Source: Trueperaceae bacterium
GTDB lineage: Bacteria; Deinococcota; Deinococci; Deinococcales; Trueperaceae
DNA: 14,259 nt
NCBI GenBank assembly: GCA_035703635.1
Contig: DASSXV010000029.1
Coordinates: 1 to 14,259 of the forward strand
Direction of reading: 5' to 3'
Numbering within the stretch: position 1 is the first letter of the stretch; every line of letters begins with the position of its first letter. Under the pieces are notes generated by a model that saw only the letters and a list, made by a program, of their open reading frames with translations, searched no databases and was not told the DNA's origin. The translations under genes and the position numbers were made by a program. Below are positions 9,132 through 14,259 of this stretch, piece after piece.

Positions 9132-9169
9132 CCGCACGCCAGCCGGCCCGTTCGCAAGGAGGGGTCGAG

Positions 9170-11077
9170 ATGATCGTCACTACCGCGAAACCCCCACCCG
9201 GGCCAGGCAGGCTCGAGCTTGGGCGCATGCTTCCGAGCTTGCTCGATGAGGCGGTGCGGCAACGCCCTAACCAGCAAGCGTTCAACGATCGGCTTTCGAC
9301 CACGCCTGGCAAACCTGGGGGGCCAGGCCTGCCGTGGATCACGTTTTCCAACGCCGAGTTCCAGCGCCGCGCGCAAGCCATGGCAGCCGGTTTGCGCGCC
9401 ATGGGCCTGGAGCGCGGTGACCGCGTTGCGCTCTTCACTCACTCAGACATGAGCTTCGTGTTGGCCGATTTCGCGTGCCTGATAGCCGGCCTGGTCGACG
9501 TGCCCATCTACCTCACGCACACGCATGACGCCATGCGCTTCATCCTCAGCCAGAGTGGCAGCGCCGCGGTGCTTGTGTCTGACGAGGCGCTGCTGCACGA
9601 GATGCTCGAGGTCGCAGGCGGCCTAGCGGGAGTGAAGCTGATCGCGGTAGCTAACGGCCGGCCGAGCGGCAGCGGCGAGGGTGGCCCCCTCGTCACCGAC
9701 TACGCCACCCTCGTGGCGCGCGGGGAGCAAGCCCTGGCCAAGGACCCCGGCCTGATCGCGAGCTACGCCGCCGAGCAACACGCCAGCGACGTTGCGACGA
9801 TCATCTACACCTCCGGCACGACCGGCGCGCCCAAGGGGGTGATGCTCAGCCACGAGAACCTATCGAGCAACGCCATCGGGTCACTCTCCGATCTGCCCAC
9901 CTACCTCGAAGGCCCGGACGAAACGGTCCTGTCTTTCCTGCCCCTCAGCCACATCTTCGCGCGTACCCTCATGTATGCAAGCGTGTACTTCGGTTCGACC
10001 GTCTACTTCGGCACCACCGATTCGGTGCGCGAGGACTTGCAAGAGGTGAAGCCGACCTTCATGGCTGCGGTGCCGCGCGTGCTCGATAAGTCGTGGGAGC
10101 GCATGGAAGCCGTTGGCGGCGCGCTCACGGGCGTCAAGAAGGCGCTGTACGCGCGGGCGCTTGAGTTCGCTTCGGGCTTCGACGTCAGCCACGAGCCCAC
10201 TGGCCTGGCGGCCCTCGAGCGGAGCGTACTCGACCGCCTCGTGTACTCCAAATGGCGCGAGGCCCTCGGGGGGCGCCTGCGCACCATCATCGTGGGCGGT
10301 GCCGCGCTGCGTGGCGAGCTCGTCAACCGCCTGGGTGCGGCGCACATCGTCGTGCTGCAGGGTTACGGCCTTACGGAGACGAGCCCCGTCATCAGCTTCA
10401 ACCGGCCCGGCCGCAACCGCGCCGGCACTGTGGGGGAAGCCATCCCGGGCGTCGAGATCGGCATCACCGAGGACGACGAGATCATCACGCGCGGCCCTCA
10501 CGTCATGCTCGGCTACTTCGCCCAACCCGAGGAGACCGCCAAGGTCATCGACCATGACGGTTGGTTCCACACTGGCGACCTCGGCAAGCTCGAAGACGGC
10601 TACCTCTCGATCACTGGGCGCCTCAAGAGCATCTTCAAGCTCTCGACCGGCAAGTACGTCATGCCCGACCCCATAGTCGAGCGGTTGGAGGCCAACCCGC
10701 TCATCGCCACGGCCATCATCGCCGGGTCTGGGGAGAAGTACTGCACCGCGCTCCTCTTCCTCGACCACGAGACCCTGACCGCGCGCTACGGCGTCGCCAC
10801 CGCCGACGTGCTGCGCAAAGCTGGGTTAGCCTCCGAGCTCCGCGAGGTCGTGAGGCACGCTAACGCCGGCATGCCGGACTGGTCGTCGGTCAAGCGCGTG
10901 GCGGCCCTCGTCAAGCAGCTCGGCATGGCAGACGGCTCGGTGACCCCCAAGTTGAGCGTTCGCCGCGACAAGGTCGTGGCAGACAACGCGGCCGTGCTGC
11001 GCCAGCTGTACGACGAGGCGCCCGCGCCGGACGGGGCGCTGTTCATCGAGGTGCTGCCGGCGGGGGTGGCGGTCTGA
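9170..11077 (+). CDS. Long-chain fatty acid--CoA ligase, AMP-dependent synthetase (635 aa)
   Basis: IIYTSGTTGAPKGVMLSHEN, LSFLPLSHIF, VPRV, QGYGLTETSP, RGPHVMLGY, GWFHTGDLG, ITGRLKSIFKLSTGKYV. SD AAGGAGG at 9156-9162. Confidence 0.93.
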   Translation: MIVTTAKPPPGPGRLELGRMLPSLLDEAVRQRPNQQAFNDRLSTTPGKPGGPGLPWITFSNAEFQRRAQAMAAGLRAMGLERGDRVALFTHSDMSFVLADFACLIAGLVDVPIYLTHTHDAMRFILSQSGSAAVLVSDEALLHEMLEVAGGLAGVKLIAVANGRPSGSGEGGPLVTDYATLVARGEQALAKDPGLIASYAAEQHASDVATIIYTSGTTGAPKGVMLSHENLSSNAIGSLSDLPTYLEGPDETVLSFLPLSHIFARTLMYASVYFGSTVYFGTTDSVREDLQEVKPTFMAAVPRVLDKSWERMEAVGGALTGVKKALYARALEFASGFDVSHEPTGLAALERSVLDRLVYSKWREALGGRLRTIIVGGAALRGELVNRLGAAHIVVLQGYGLTETSPVISFNRPGRNRAGTVGEAIPGVEIGITEDDEIITRGPHVMLGYFAQPEETAKVIDHDGWFHTGDLGKLEDGYLSITGRLKSIFKLSTGKYVMPDPIVERLEANPLIATAIIAGSGEKYCTALLFLDHETLTARYGVATADVLRKAGLASELREVVRHANAGMPDWSSVKRVAALVKQLGMADGSVTPKLSVRRDKVVADNAAVLRQLYDEAPAPDGALFIEVLPAGVAV

Positions 11078-12186
11078 AGTTCAGGCCACTCCCTCTCCTC
11101 GCCGTCCTGGTGGGACTCGCGTTGGTGGCGTGCGTGCCGCCTCGGGCGGTGGCCGCCGCATACGAGGTGCAGGGGCAGTTGCAGGGCCCCTACCAGCTGG
11201 ACCGCGTGGTGGATGGCGACACGCTCCGCGTGCTCGTGGTCCCCGGCACGCTCGGGGCAACCGGCGCCACTAGAGACAGCCTGCCCGTGAGGCTGGTCGG
11301 CATAGACACGCCCGAGACCAGGAAGCCCGGCGCGGCCGTGCAGGCGTACGGGCCCGAGGCCACTGAGTTCGTGGTGGACTTGCTTGCTGGCCGCGAGGTC
11401 TACCTCGAACTCGACCTGGACGCATACGATCGTTACGAGCGGCTCCTCGCGTACGTGTATTACCGGGACGCGGCCGGCGCGTGGCTGGCACCTGATGGCA
11501 GGCGCTACTCGCAGGTCAACCTAGCTGTAGCGCAGGCGGGCTTGGCGCAACCCATGACCATTCAACCCAACAGCCGCTACGCGGACCTGTACGTGGCCGC
11601 CGTGCGCAGCGCCCGTGAGGAGGGGCGGGGCATGTGGGCAGGCGTCTTGACTGCCGCCGGGCCCGATAGTTGCCCTACGTCCGGCGTGTATTTCAGTGAG
11701 TACGTGGAGGGCAGCGGGAACAACAAGGCTCTCGAGGTCTACAACGGCACGGCAGCGAGTATTGACCTAGCCTGCTTGACGGTAGAGATGTACTTCAATG
11801 GCGCCACCACGGCGGGCTTCGGCGTGGCGCTGGTGGGGGAGTTGCCGCCCGGCGCCGCGTTCGTGCTGTGGCACGAGGCGGCGGGTGCGGGGCTCCTGGC
11901 CGCGGTGGCGGACCTGCCCTTCAGCCAACGCAGCGGTTTCGGGTGGTTCAACGGTAACGACGCCGTGGTGCTGAGGGGCCCCGCCGGCGTGCTCGATCGT
12001 ATTGGAGCGATCGGGGAGGAGCCTCCCAGTGGTTACTGGGGCCGGGAGGCGCGCACTAAGGACCACACCCTCAGGCGCGCCGCAGGTGTTGCCACTGGTG
12101 ACCCTAAGGCCCACGCGCCGTTCGATCCGGCTGTTGAGTGGGTGGAGTATCCGCGTGACACGTTCGGCGGGCTGGGAGAGAGGTAG
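11074..12186 (+). CDS. Lipoprotein thermonuclease (SNase family) fused to a C-terminal lamin-tail domain (370 aa if CTG start)
   Basis: SNase motifs VVDGDTLRV, VRLVGIDTPE, DRYERLLAYVY, AREEGRGMW; LTD motifs VYFSEYVEGSGNNKALEVYNGT, FNGNDAVVL, TKDHTLRR; lipobox LVAC. Start placed at CTG 11074 because it restores a full signal peptide; the track start is GTG 11110. Confidence 0.85.
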   Translation: MKFRPLPLLAVLVGLALVACVPPRAVAAAYEVQGQLQGPYQLDRVVDGDTLRVLVVPGTLGATGATRDSLPVRLVGIDTPETRKPGAAVQAYGPEATEFVVDLLAGREVYLELDLDAYDRYERLLAYVYYRDAAGAWLAPDGRRYSQVNLAVAQAGLAQPMTIQPNSRYADLYVAAVRSAREEGRGMWAGVLTAAGPDSCPTSGVYFSEYVEGSGNNKALEVYNGTAASIDLACLTVEMYFNGATTAGFGVALVGELPPGAAFVLWHEAAGAGLLAAVADLPFSQRSGFGWFNGNDAVVLRGPAGVLDRIGAIGEEPPSGYWGREARTKDHTLRRAAGVATGDPKAHAPFDPAVEWVEYPRDTFGGLGER

Positions 12187-12243
12187 GGCTCAAGTTGCGG
12201 CAGGTACTAGAAGAGCCGCCACGCAGTTAGCCGGCCCTCCCGC

Positions 12244-13117
<874 letters not shown>

Positions 13118-13125
<8 letters not shown>

Positions 13126-14227
13126 GCTCGGTGGCTCCTAGGGGCTGCTGCTGAGTGACGCAGTGGAAGGCGCCGCCGCCCGTGATGAGGCTCGAGGCGC
13201 TAAGCCCGATGACCTCGCGGCCGGGGAAGAGGGGGCGCAGGATGTTGAGGGCCTGTTCGTCGTTCACGTCGTCGTACTGCGGCACCACGACGAAGCCGTT
13301 GCCGATGTAGAAGTTGGCGTAGGTAGGCGGCAGCCGCTGACCCTCCAGCTCCATGCGGCGCTGTGGCAGGGGGAGCTCTACCACGCGGTAGGGTGCGCCG
13401 TTTGCCGTGCGCAGGCCCCTCAACTGCTTCAGGTTGTGCGCCATGGTGGCGTGGTTAGGGTCGTCGGTGCGTGGTTCGACGGCGCAGACGATGGTGTCGT
13501 CGCTCGTGAAGCGGACGATGGTGTCTATGTGCCCGTCCGTGTGGTCGCCCTCCAGGCCTCGCTCCAGCCACACCAGCTCGTGGATGCCAAGGTGGTCGCG
13601 CAGCAGCAGCTCGATCTGTGCGGCGCTGAGTTCGGGGTTGCGGTTGGGTTCGAGGAGGCAGGACCGGGTCGTGAGGCAGACGCCCGCGCCGTTGATCTCG
13701 AGCGCGCCCCCTTCCATGATGGCGGGCACCGCGAAGCGCTTCATGCCGATGCGCGAAGCAACCGTGGCGGGCGCCCGGTCGTCGTCCTGCCACGGGGCGT
13801 ACTTCTCGCCCCAGGCGTTGAAGCCCCAGTCGGTGAGGGCCACGCGGCCGGGCTGGCCGTTCTCGGCGGGGAGTTGCACGAAGAGTGGGCCGTTGTCGCG
13901 GAACCACACGTCGTTCAGCGGCATGAGGTTGTAACGCAGCTTACCGAGGGCCGCATCGGCGCCGGCGCCGTGCAGCTTGGCGGCCGCGGCCCCGATGCGG
14001 GCACGCGCGTCGGTCTCCGACTCCTGGTCCCTCACGTTCAGTACCACGGGCTCGAAACGCAAGATGGTGGCTACCAGGTCGGCGAACTCGCGCCTGACAC
14101 CCTCCAGGTGGCCGACCCAGAGCTCGTCGTCGAACGGCCATGACGTCCAGGTGGCGGCGTGGGGTGCCCACTCGGGGGGCATGCGGTAGCCAAGCGAGGC
14201 TGGGGTGGGGTACGAAGTCGTAGCCAT
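13118..14227 (-). CDS. aguA: Agmatine deiminase family protein (369 aa)
   Basis: YRMPPEWAPH, DVWFRDNGP, FNAWGEKY, MEGGAL, GDHTDGHID, TYANFY, GGGAFHCVTQQQP (catalytic Cys); coupled to aguB. Confidence 0.95.
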
Positions 14228-14259
14228 GCTCCTGCCAGTTTAGGCCGGAGAGGAGGGCG

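Noticed and set aside
9138..9147. GCCAGCCGGC also present at 2581-2590
   Set aside because: A 10-mer that is 90% G+C; two copies are plausible by chance and flanks do not match.
11074..12186. Nuclease as part of an anti-phage defence system
   Set aside because: The lipoprotein signal points to an extracytoplasmic role and no defence-type partner genes are adjacent.
12187..12243. Possible bidirectional terminator between the nuclease and aguB
   Set aside because: Only short, interrupted pairings such as GCGGC/GCCGC, and no T-tract on either strand.

Overview
High-GC bacterial chromosomal segment, almost certainly Deinococcota (inferred from a Gfh1 transcription factor next to lysS and from repeated leaderless TANNNT-N5-7-start promoters). 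Gene order: terminator-like hairpin, Nudix hydrolase (+), exported TPR-like/Slt lytic transglycosylase (-), gfh1-lysS (+, behind a structured ~110-nt leader), small low-GC membrane ORF (+), YczE/YitT-like membrane protein (-), GH13 neopullulanase-type amylase (+), probable truncated lipoprotein relic (-), long-form sugar-1-phosphate nucleotidylyltransferase (-), gldC homologue / long-chain acyl-CoA ligase / SNase-LTD lipoprotein nuclease (+, probable operon), and aguA-aguB (-). I see no mobile element, CRISPR array, tRNA or rRNA. I cannot demonstrate a complete novel system. The best leads are the Bacteroidota-type GldC outside its usual context heading a three-gene unit, the switch-like RNA leader of gfh1-lysS, a probable CTG-initiated lipoprotein nuclease, and the hairpin-preceded small membrane ORF. 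Family calls are from motif recognition only; no searches were run.
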